Source: Tubiluchus corallicola (taxonomy: Eukaryota > Animalia > Priapulida). Taken from it: a stretch of DNA of 64,000 nucleotides. The notes beneath the pieces are model-generated. The model ran no database searches. It was not told the DNA's origin and was given only the letters and a program-made list of their open reading frames with translations. This document shows positions 12,701 through 24,700 of this stretch, piece after piece; within the stretch, counting starts at the first letter, position 1, and every line of letters begins with the position of its first letter. The translations under genes and the position numbers were made by a program. The stretch covers positions 992,001 to 1,056,000 of the forward strand of contig JAQGDQ010000020.1 of NCBI GenBank assembly GCA_030141605.1, written 5' to 3'.

Positions 12701-15700
12701 CATTATTATTTTTTTAATCGAATGGACTTGGACGAATTCTCTGGAGTCATTACTTTATTTGACCAACCTGCCTCCTGTTTTTAATTTTACGTACAAAATA
12801 ACAATAATTATATATTTCCTTTAAATTGTATCTTCCTCGTGTTTTGATTTTAAACTCAAAGTTAAAATGTATCATCAACCTGTTAAAAATTGTTTGCTAT
12901 GTGTGTTGACGTGATGATAATGACGATGATGATAGATGATTTGTCCTGTATTACCCGTGCATTTTGTGTTTTGCAGCAAAATTCCCGATATTTATGACTG
13001 TATCAAGTACGACATGCAACACAATTTGAAGCACCTGAATTTTGATAAAACCGAGGAACTCTACATTTGTTCAAAAGCCTTGGCAGACATTGTTATTCCT
13101 CAAGTAAGTGAAGATATTTGTATTGTTTTGTCATCGACACACTTTTATCAGTTCAGTCAACAATTTGCAGCAAAATTTTTTTAAATCTTTTTGAGTGATT
13201 TGCCTTGACATGCATTGTCTAATAGTTAGTATTTGTGTTTCATTATTCCCAATTCTGCGACTTCATTATCGCAGTGAAAATTTTGGTCTCCTGTTTTGTG
13301 ATTTGTACGGAAAGTTGCAGAATGATGTAGAGTTGCCAGTAAGTGTTGGATGTATTAGTGACCTTGACACGCTTAGAGTTTTGCAGCTTTGGAGTGAGTT
13401 TTCATATTTGATGAAAAGTATGGCGTTGTGATCAGATCTTAGATTAGACAAAAGAACTGACAATATTATAAAGATAACACAGCTATTTATTTATTTGGTA
13501 CGTTTGGGCTGGCTTACTTCACACAAATTGGTCAAACTGTTAAGCAGTCGGTGCCCATGCAATGATTATTAACTAGGAACAATGTGGTTTTAATAGTATT
13601 TCGTTAGCTAACTTAATATGCTACGTACATACATTTGATAGGAAAACGGTATAGAATTGTTAATAGGATAGGCTAACAGGATCAGAAAAACTTATATTGT
13701 AATAATAATAATCTTTATTGAAAGTCGACTTTTGGATGAACAGTTAACATTAACTCAAAGAGCTATTATCGCCGACTGTAAATAACAATCTACAACTACA
13801 TAACAAGGAGTATTATAACCCCACTTTTACCTTAAATACCACGGGCTAGTCAGGGCAATAGCACGTATCATTTTTAAAGTCTTTGGTATGACCCTGCCGC
13901 TGTATCGAACTGAGGAACAATTTCTTTACATTCCCAAATTAGCAAATGCAGTTGGATTGTGAACTAAATGGAGTAAATCTCAGGCCTGTTCTGGCATGTT
14001 AGCTGGTAGCTCAGCTGGTAGAGCATGGAAGTCCCAGCTTTCACGTTCAATTCCCGACTAGTTTCGCAATTTTTCAGTTTCTTTTTTCTCCAGCTCTACT
14101 CCCGCAATAGGTAAATCAACCGGAATGGTTTATAAAAATTCTGGCAATAACAGTAATAATTAATTTATAATTTCTTTACATTTTTGTTGGTTTTTAGATT
14201 CACTTGAGTTTATTCCTTTTCTCCCAGCTGAAGCCAGTAATCCTGTCAAAACACACCAAACATGTTCCTGTGTCATACTCATAATATCATTGAATCCTTA
14301 GCGTTTGATTTGACGTAGATTTTAACCTAACGAGAGCTTATTGTTATGCTTGGGTATATATTTCAGGAGTATGGTATAACCGTGGAAGATAAGTTGACCA
14401 TATCGCAGGGAATTTGCGTACCGCTGTTGCGTAAAATCCGCGGAGATCTGCACAACGTTATGGCTCCCGATGAAAGTATAAATAGGTATGACAAGGTAGT
14501 GGCAGCAATTATGGGAACAGTGATGGCGGTAGTGGTGGTGACAGCAGTTGATGGGGTGATGATGAGGATGGTGATGGGAGTAGCACTGGTGGTGGCAGTA
14601 GTTGTGGTGTGGTGATGATTATACGAACATGTTTATTGAGCAGGGACGATCATTTTGACTGTCACAGTCATTGCCAATATTATAAATCAAGCCAAAAAAG
14701 AATTAAGACATTGATGGTACTAAAAATACTAAAGCACAAAATTTCATTACAAATCAGGCTGGCGTTAAAAAAAATTTGTTTCTGTCCTAAACTCATGAGC
14801 TCAAAAGATGTCAGTAGGGAGGCAGCTTTGTGAATGTTTAAAGCTGAATCATGGAATATTTAAAATCAATTGAAATCAAAGTTTGCTTATTTTCCACTGG
14901 TTAGCAGCAATGTTTTAAATTTTTTCAATGCACAATTTTTCACGCTTTGTTTTTTAGTTTTGCATTAGTAAATTATCGTATAAGTATCGATTATTGTGTA
15001 GTCTGCTTTTCTGTATCATGAACGTGTATGTTTTGATCATTATGGTATAAGGGCAACACTACTCGGTCGTTAATATGCAGATTTGGCAGAAAATTAGATA
15101 CTTTTTAGCTTCCAACACAATGAGTATCATACATAATGGCAACCCTGGCCGAGAGTTAGCCATGGAAAAACAAGGTCACATCCTGCATACCCCAAAAGAA
15201 CGATGTTATAATAATAATTGTGCTGTTATATTATTATTATTAATGTTTTAAATTACGCTTCTACATGACTGCGTCAAGTAAGTGTATGGATGTAAAAAGA
15301 AACTGTAAAATTCCCGGCCAGGCGCACAATAAAAATAATATTAGATGGAAACACAAATATTTTTATTGTCAGGCGCAAAATACTAGAATTTAAATTGCCA
15401 AAATAAACGTGAGTATAACTAGAAGAAATTGCAAAGAAATGTAAAAAACCTTTACCTTTTATATGAGATTCAGAAAATATCACAACACAATAAACAATTA
15501 GTCTATGTCTACATGATGGAAAACCACAGCAATAAGCATTATATGAATAAAAACAACTTTTACACATTTGCACATTCATCTATTTAATGTTTATGTTGTT
15601 GATAAGAGTAATGATGACCACATTGATAATACTACTAAAATTTAAATCTATCAATGATTTTGTTCAGAAACAATTCTGCTAGGTTTTGTAATGTTTAATA

Positions 15701-18700
15701 TTTTTGTTTGCAGACTGAATCCAAAATATTCTAAGGGTGTGATGTCACCAGGACGACATGTTCGGACACGCTTGTACTTCACCAGTGAGAGCCACATACA
15801 TTCGCTGTTAAACATTATCAGATATGGAGGACTAGTAGATGTGAGTAATCTTGTTATCTTTGTCATTTTTTATGATGTTGTATTAGTAAACCAAACTCCA
15901 TAATTTACCGCTGCATTTTTGGCAAGGATGGACATTGTGTGGTAGATTGGGGGATTTCTTTGGTGTAGTGTTGTCTTAGAAAATACTGTACAGGTGGATT
16001 TATAACCACAATCAGACTGGTGGATTGATAGATGAATAAAACCAAGTCGGACTCGTGTATTCAAGTGGTCACCCCTACATGCAAAATGTTGTATGTGTGT
16101 ACATGCACTAAGTATGGCGGCACCTAAGATTAATTTATCAAAATAAATAACGATTTAAAGTTAATTTGTTTAAAAAATAAAAAGAAATAGGAGTTATTGT
16201 TACTTTTGTATAACTAATAATTAAGTCGCCCAAGGGTTGTAATGTCGAACAGCTGTAAGTCATATAGGTCGTTAGTCGATGACAACCTGTATTGTTAATT
16301 TCTATTGATACTTTGTCGAGTATTCCAAAGTCAAATCTCTTACTTATCCATATGCAAATACAAAAGACAACTTTAATATAAATACGTTTTTCTCGTTTAT
16401 TGTTTGAACTAGTTTGGAGAAACCTAAACTAAGTTAAGATTTTTCTCCAAAGGATAAGGTTAGTGTGTCAACTCGAACTTTACTGCATTTGTAGAAGCCA
16501 GCATCAATTTATTGTTGATGTGTGGGGAATTATTGATTTTCTTTCACAGGCAAAAAATGATGAACAATGGGGGAGAGCAATGGACTATGTCAGCTCCGTG
16601 TCTGAACTTAATTACATGACACAAATAGTCATCATGCTGTACGAAGATCCGTCTAAAGAGCCTCAGTCGGAGCACCGCTTCCACGTTGAACTCCACTTCT
16701 CGCCTGGTGCCATTTGCTGCTTACCTGAGCAGTGCAGTGGACCCGGATTCCGTCCGCAATCTCGTAATGAGAACTACGAGGAGGAGGGGAGCCCGGCTCA
16801 ATTTTCTCCGCTGCAAGAGGACGAACATTTCTTCCTGCCAATAGAGGATACTGATAAGCCAAAGCATTCCACACGCAAGCAGCACTCGAGCGTAAGCATT
16901 GGTTTTGCCTATTGTACAGGGTGTCTTGAAATGGTTGACATTGTTTGCACTCAAAAGTTATTGCAATAAATCACAAACGAGTTTTTTGAGATTTTAGTGA
17001 TTATGTTATTTCTTGTTTTGTCTGTTTCCTAAGGTTTATTACGTTTTAAACACAGTAGACACCACTTAATAGACTCATGGTTAATAGACTCACTCGCTTA
17101 ATTGACTCAAAAATGCCTGGTACCTTCTGAAAATGTTGGAATGGAAGGCCGCTTCTATACAATTGTATATAACAACTATCGATAATTTACTCAAATAACT
17201 CCATACAATTGACTCAATATTTTTGCTTTGCATGCTTCAATAAGACACTTTCTTGTGACTAATAAGCTTTTATGACTGTTATATGACTCTTAATTCTGTA
17301 CAGAATGGCACTACTTAAAGATGTACAAAGATGAAGAAGTGAGTTGTGATGCCAATCTCTGAAAAACATACTATCACTATATTTTAATAGCCATTAAATT
17401 TGTGAATGAGATATTAGTGCTCTTTATTCGAAATTAAATTCCCCATGTTGAGTTTTTTTGTTTTTTCTTACTTTCTTTGATTTCTTCCATACCAAGGAGG
17501 GGTGTCGTAGGTCGATCGTTTCTTGATCCTCTTTCTGTCGTGTCGTTTCTTAAGCAAACAAGTTTTGTTTTTGATAATCGATCTTTAATCTTGTTGATGA
17601 TGTGGCTTTTTAATTGTTAGGAGATCATTAATGTAAATAGTAGAACCAGGATGGTATTTAAGACTGGGAATATTAATATAAAGTTTGCATATGATTTTGA
17701 TATAAGATTCAATTAAAAGATTAATCCTATTTTTCTTGTGCTTTCAATTATTATATTATTTGTAGGAAAGAGCGGCCTCTGATTCAACCAAAGACTCCGA
17801 ATCGCATTATAAACGTGTTCAATCAAGCGGCTCCATCGGTATGTTCAGAACTTATGTACGAACCTATACAGAGGCACTTGTTTAAGTGCCACCCTGTACA
17901 GGTGCACTTGCTTGCTTGCTGAATGTTTAACAATAGTTTACTGTCACCATAACTGGGATGCAGTTAATCTAGCATGTTATTTCCTGTTTTTTACACGTTG
18001 CTATTTGCTTACGGCATTGTTCACTAACAATTGTTTTGGGCTTTATACAACACTTTAAATTTAAAAGCATTGCCTCAGCATGTCCGTTAACTCTTTTTAA
18101 TGCTTAATTATGACTATTTTCAACAATCCAGTATCAAATTTTTGATTAAGTTTAATTCTTCCTGCTTTGGGACGCTGAACTCACCTGGCATGGTTTTCCA
18201 TATTTGGTTTTACTATGGGTGAACTCTTCTTATTTTGGTAAATTGTTATTAACCTGTATTTCTTACGAGTGGTTCTCAAACTCGGGCGAAGATATTTGAC
18301 AGTGAAAAATAGAAATTGATATCGCCATGGCAGAGTTTTGGGTTAAAAACTTTTGCACTGAAAATTGGTATCAGTGGACATATTTAAAACTAATGATACA
18401 TCATTAAGGTTAGTGCAGAATTGTTAAAATTTATAACTTCGTGTAAAAGAAGATAAATTGTTATTATCCTGATTTTGTAGGCGAAACCTTTTTTGACCTA
18501 TTGTAAATTACACTTATGAAAAAAACAGCAAGATTCTACCGTGACATTAATTAGTTCAGAAAATGCTATTTTGTGGCTGCCAACATGTACGAACTTTGCA
18601 CCTGTTTATTATGACATCACATCCTTAATTACATTTTGGAGTTCATACCATACACTTCAGTCCCGTGTTTGGAACGTTTGAGAACCACTATTTAACTTTT

Positions 18701-21700
18701 ATTTTGTTGCATGATGCTTGTTTTTGGTTGCCGTGATGATTATTCTGCTTGCACTGTTGCTGATGCGATTGCCGTGGTTACCGTAGTGTCGAGTCACTCA
18801 GATCCGGGAATCACAGGTAAAAAGTTCAGATTTTGCCACAAGATGTCAGTCTTATTGCATGAAATATTAATTGGTTACATCATTCTAATACTGTAGTAAG
18901 TTTTTAAATATTTGATATTTTCAACTATAGATGGCAGTTTGAGTGCGGTAAATTCTCAAGCCTCTCTAGGTGGTGATCAGGAACCTCCGACTCCTTCTCC
19001 TCGTACTCCTCGTAACAAAGGACTTCGACGCCCATTGTCTTCAGAAGAGAATAATGGTTAGTGATTTTTAACCTTTCTCCTGTAGGTGGCAGCACAGATT
19101 TGCAAAAGGTTGGCAATTTTGCACAATTTGAAAATCAAATATGTTGTTTCGCTGTCGTGAAATGCGAAAAATATCGACTCAATACCAAATGAATGTACAT
19201 TTACTTTAAAAACAAATGCAGTACACATAACAGGACTATTGTAGACAGTTAAGAAAGGTGGCAGTACCTGCCTTTCCATCACTGTGTTTTAAGTTTAACG
19301 GTGTTTCATAATATATAAATCCTAAGCAGTCAACTCAAGAACAATGTGTAGTTCATAGGGCTTTACATGCTTTCAATGCACTGTGGTCAAAAGTAGCTTT
19401 CCTTTGCTTATCATTTTAATGCAATTATCAGCTATTTGGCAAGCTATTGCAGAGACTCCTAAACCTGTGTCAAACAGAAAATGGCATAAGAAGTCGTCTG
19501 TAAACCATAAGGCGTCTTCCATCTTCCATAAGACATATTTCATAATGAGCATGTGCTTCTTGCTCTTTAAATAGTAAAGCATTTTGCTGTAATTTATTTT
19601 TTATGGAGGTGTGCTGGGATTAATAACTGCCCGAATACAGTCAAGGCATGCGAAAACAACTATTGTCTGCATTTACGCACCAACTGAAGATACAGATGAA
19701 CAAGTTAAAGATGATTTCTACCAACAATGTCAAGATGTGCTGAATGACATCCCCAGCCATGACATCATTCTCCTCATGGGTGATATGAATGCAAAGATTG
19801 ACAACAACAGACACGGATTGGAGCATGTAATCGGGCCACATGGATCAGCTCAAGAAACAAACAACAATGGTGAACGGCTCCTGATGTTGTGCAATTTAAA
19901 TGGACTGTGTATTGGAAATACTTATTTTGCCCACAAAACCATCCACAAGAAGACATGGAGGTCACCAGATGGAAATACACAGAACGAAATCGACTACATC
20001 TGTATCAGCAAGAGATGGAGATCAGCACTGAAAGATGTGAAAGTATGTCGTGGAGCTGATGTGGGCTCTGACCACCACCTAGTTCAAGGAAAAGTGCAGC
20101 TCAAACTGAAAAAGATACAAAAGCCAAAAATCACAAGACCTTTTGCGGTTGAAAACCTGAAAGACCAACAAAAAGCAAGGAGTTTTGAACTTGCACTTAG
20201 CAACAAATTTGAACCACTACTACAAGCCAACGATATTGAAGAACAGTGGAAAATATTCAAAGAAGCAGTAACAGCAGTTGCAGATGAACAGATCGGCAGA
20301 AGAAGGGGTAACAGAAAAGAAATGTGGATACAAGAAAAAACTTGGGAATTAATTGATGAAAGAAAGAAGACTAAGCAAATGAGAGACCAAGCAAAAACAC
20401 CAGAAAGCAGGAGTCAAGCCAATGAGCAGTACCAACTGGCAGATAGAGCAGTAAAAAGACGTTGCAGGAGGGACAAGAACGAATGGTTTGAAAAGAAGGG
20501 TGAAGAAGTTAGCAGCCAGCCATAATGATACCAAGACTCTCTACAGAATTGTTAAAGATCTAACGGGAACAGGAGGCACCCCAGCTGTGCCAATCAAGAA
20601 CAAAAGTGGTGTGACTCTCACAACAACAGAACAGCAAAACGCACGATGGGTGGAACACTTCAAGGAAGTTCTCAACCAGCCAAACCCAACAACATTATTC
20701 AATTTTGAGAATGAAATTGGACAACAACAGCTAGATGTAAGATTGGACAACATCAGTGAACTGGAAGTCGAAACTGCCATCAAAAAACTAAAGAACAACA
20801 AAGTAGCTGGAGAGGACCAAATAACAGCTGAGCTCCTGAAACACGGTAATAAAGGGATAACACGATCAATGACAAAGCTCCTGAACAGCTGCTGGGAACA
20901 ACAAAAGGTCCCCGAAGATTGGAGAAATGGAGTCATCGTGAAGTTGCCTAAAAAGGGAACCTGACAGATTGCAACAATTGGAGAGGAATAACTCTGATGT
21001 CAATACCTGGAAAAGTCCTGAGTATAGTGCTGCTAGATCGGTTGAGAGATGCTGTTGATATAAGACTAAGAGAACAACAAGCTGGATTTAGAAAAGGAAG
21101 ATCATGCTGTGAACAGATATTCACTCTCAGAAACATCATTGAGCAATGTATGGAATTCCAACAGCCCTTATTAATCAATTTTATTGATTTCAAGAAGGCT
21201 TTTGACTCTGTTCACAGGCAGTCTCTATGGAAAATTGCTTCTCTGTATGGTATCCCACAGAAATTCATTTCAACCATCCAGAACTTTTACCAAAACAGCG
21301 GCTGTTGTATAAGAACACAAGAGGGAAACACCGAGTATTTCACCATCGAAACTGGAGTTAAGCAAGGTTGCATTATGTCGCCATTCCTGTTCCTACTGAC
21401 GATTGATTTCATCATGAACAAGGCGGTTGATGGTAAAGATCTAGGAATGCAATGGAAACAACAACAACGATTGGCAGATCTGGACTTCGCTGACGATATA
21501 GCTCTTCTGGAAACATCAAAAGAAAGCCTGCAACAACTGACCACAAGTATGGAAGAAGTAGCGGGAAAAATTGGATTGAGAATTAGTCAAGAAAAGACCA
21601 AAGTTTTGAAAGTGTGGACAAACCAACAGAATGATGTACATATAACAGTGGGAGGCCAAATGGTTAAGAACGTTACCAGTTTTTCATATCTGGGCAGTGT

Positions 21701-24700
21701 GATGACCTGTAATGGAGGTACAGAAAATGACATCAGGGGGAGAATTGGCAAAGCAACAGCAGTATTTAGGAAGATGGGAAAAATCTGGACAAGCAAGAAA
21801 ATTGACATGAAAATCAAACTTCGTCTGTACAACGCCATTGTGCAGCCAACGGCTCTCTATGCCAGCGAAACCTGGAAAGTCACAGCGGAGTTATCAAAGA
21901 AACTGAACGTCTTCCACCAAAAATGCCTTCGAAAGATACTAAAAATCTCCTACCGCGACCATGTCACCAATGTAGAAGTTCTTCAACGAGCGCAGTCATT
22001 GCGGTTACAAGATATAGTTACAGAGAGAAGAATGAAACTGGCTGGACATATTCTCCGTCTATCAGAAAGTCGCTACGCCAAAACAGCAGTACAGTGGGAA
22101 CCACCTGGTGGGAAACGAAAAAGAGGTCGGCCAAAAACAACGTGGCGCAGATCCTTCAAAGAAGACCTTCGAGCTGTCAACAGACGTTGGGAAAACGTAG
22201 AGAACGAAGCCGCCGATAGAACTCAGTGGAAAATGCTGTCTGCCCAATGTGCATCAATGCGCAGGAAGGACTAAGGTCTAAGGTCTAAGGTGCTGGGATT
22301 ACATTATATAGTAGAAAAGTCTCATTGTACATCTACAAATTTATAGGGTAATTTATGGGAGTTAGGCGTTCTAGATAACGTGTTTAATATAATGTAGAAT
22401 GGCTTGTTGTCAAATGGGTATATTAGCTGTAATGTTTATTCCTGAACATTTAAGTAATTTTGCTCAGTACAGACGAGATATGTTTTGCAGTTTTTAAAAA
22501 TTTATATTCCCATTTTCTACACTTGATATGATAACATATATCATATAGTCTGCATGTACCCAATAAGCCTTTTCACAGTTTCGTTGTGTGCACGCGCAGT
22601 TGCTGTGGGTCAAAGGTTAAGTGTACCGCAGCAGCGCATCTTAACTACAACCATCATGTGACATGTGGGTAAAGCAAAGCATCAGTTCAGTAACTTCAGG
22701 TGTTTTACGTGGACTTTACATAATTATGCATTAGTTTGTGCATAGAGTGATTTACTAACAGAATCTTGCTTTGGAACAAGAAAAAATGAACTAGGTAAGG
22801 TTCTAGCTAGCTGTTAAAACATGTTAAAACTGTTACTGTTACAATAGCTTTGACTGCGATGTGTACACAAATGCGTTGTCTGGTACATTTAACCTCTGAC
22901 CTTTCCCCGATCATCGTCAATCGCTAGAACTGTGAAAAGGCTTGTTGCAGTATTAGATAATGTCGTGTTTAAAAAATTGCTTTAGAACATTTAGGAGACC
23001 ATTGTGTTATGAATTTGAATTATATAATTTGAAGTAGCACGAATACACTAATTGTTTCATTAATAATAAGCAAAAACGCCTTACAGCAAACAAAAGTTAA
23101 TGACCAAATTCATTTAGCAAAAAGGCGTCTTATGAACCGCCAAAAATGGCTTTCAAGGAGTATACTGCAGATTATGACTGACGGCATACGGTAAGTGGCT
23201 CACTGCAAATGGATTATCTGTGGACCACTGGTTAACACATGTTCATTTTTTATAAGGCGGCCTCGCAGCTTGCACTTTACCGATTACGTCCAGCTCTGCG
23301 TGACATCAGCCTAATACTTCAGTTATAATTTTGAGAACGTATAAGAAAGCCTTTTTTATTTAATTCACATTTTTTTCTAGTTTCAGCTTCAAAGCGAGAA
23401 TCAAGGACATTACGACACTCTGTTGCCTCCGGGGCGCCTCAGGTACCTTCGGGTAGTTTTCCCGGTGTGATGTTAGGTGTGTAATTAAGTAGTTGATTCA
23501 TGAATTATTATAATAATTACACAAATTTGATTTGTTGTTACTATGTTACAGTAATGGCACATTGTGTTTTTCACCTCTACACAACTTCATACTAGTTTTG
23601 TTGAGCAAAAAAATAAGTTTGAATTAAATTTTGTTCATCGTTTTGCAGTATGTTTGCAAACCTGTGTCCATAGTTATGTAAATCAAGCAAATTGGTTTTT
23701 TGACAGATTTTTTAGGCTTTTTTATCAAATATGCTAATTAAAATTGAGCTTTAGCATTCACTCGTAGTGACAATGAAACTTATTCAATTAATATAATCAA
23801 AAATTAGGCATAATTTAACTTGCACAGCTCTACTGGGTATTAAGAAATGAGTGACCCCTCTGCCTTAGAAGAAAAAACAGACAAAAGCATGAGAATGAGA
23901 ATTTAATTTTAAATAAAGAATGCTTGTTTTTTATATTTTGGTATTTTTTTGGTACTGCCAGCATTTCATAGAGTCTGGTACCCTGACACATCTTTTTTCA
24001 AGAGCTTCTTTATAATCTTTGATTTTTTTAATTTTTACAGCTAAAAATTTATTCGTATTGATCATGATTATATAATCTTATGGTTTACTTCTACTCATGT
24101 ATAAATTTATATATTTATTTTTTGTGCCTAATAAATAAAAATAAATAAATAAAACTAGAATTCTAACTAGAACTAAAAAATGGGTTAAATTTTCAATATT
24201 ATAATCATTAAACTACTGAAAACATGGGTTACTTTTGAGTTTAGGGGTCTAACATCTCTTAACACCCTTTAATTTCGCACATGATGCAATAAGCGTATGC
24301 ATTAATTGATATAGATGCTTGTGTATTGTTTTCCATACCCGAATTTAACATAATTCACAATTTTGTAGTTTCGTTTACTTCAACACCTATGCACAGCAGC
24401 TGTAATCCTTTTTAGAGTGCATGTTATCTAATGAAATTGGCACAAAATTTCATAAAGAAAATTAAAAACAGAAACTTTTTGGGATATGCAAAAATCCTGT
24501 AAGCGATTCCACCATACCCTATGGTGACCAATGTAATACATATATGTAGTAGTTTTTCCTTTCACAATAATCTACGCAAAATATTGACATCTATTGTAAG
24601 TTTTTCTAGTGTAATTAACATGAAATCTAAAATTCCGATCTAAATAATTCAAATCACGTTCATCTAAACATTGTATGTACTTGTTTGAAGAGTGAATTGC

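Noticed and set aside
14486-14615. Hydrophobic V/M-rich ORF extension suggesting a TM segment in PPIP5K
   Set aside because: Lies after the splice donor at 14486 and is a degenerate GTG/GAT trinucleotide tract.
19086-19108. Possible micro-exon after tttctcctgtag; also a CTCF-like motif (CCTGTAGGTGGCAGCA)
   Set aside because: The intron from 19057 would be only 29 nt and the exon shifts frame; a single motif match is not evidence of binding.
23118-23196. Open segment with a strong gtaagt donor at 23191
   Set aside because: Ends in phase 2 or contains stops, incompatible with the flanking phase-1 exons; could only be a poison exon, which is unsupported.
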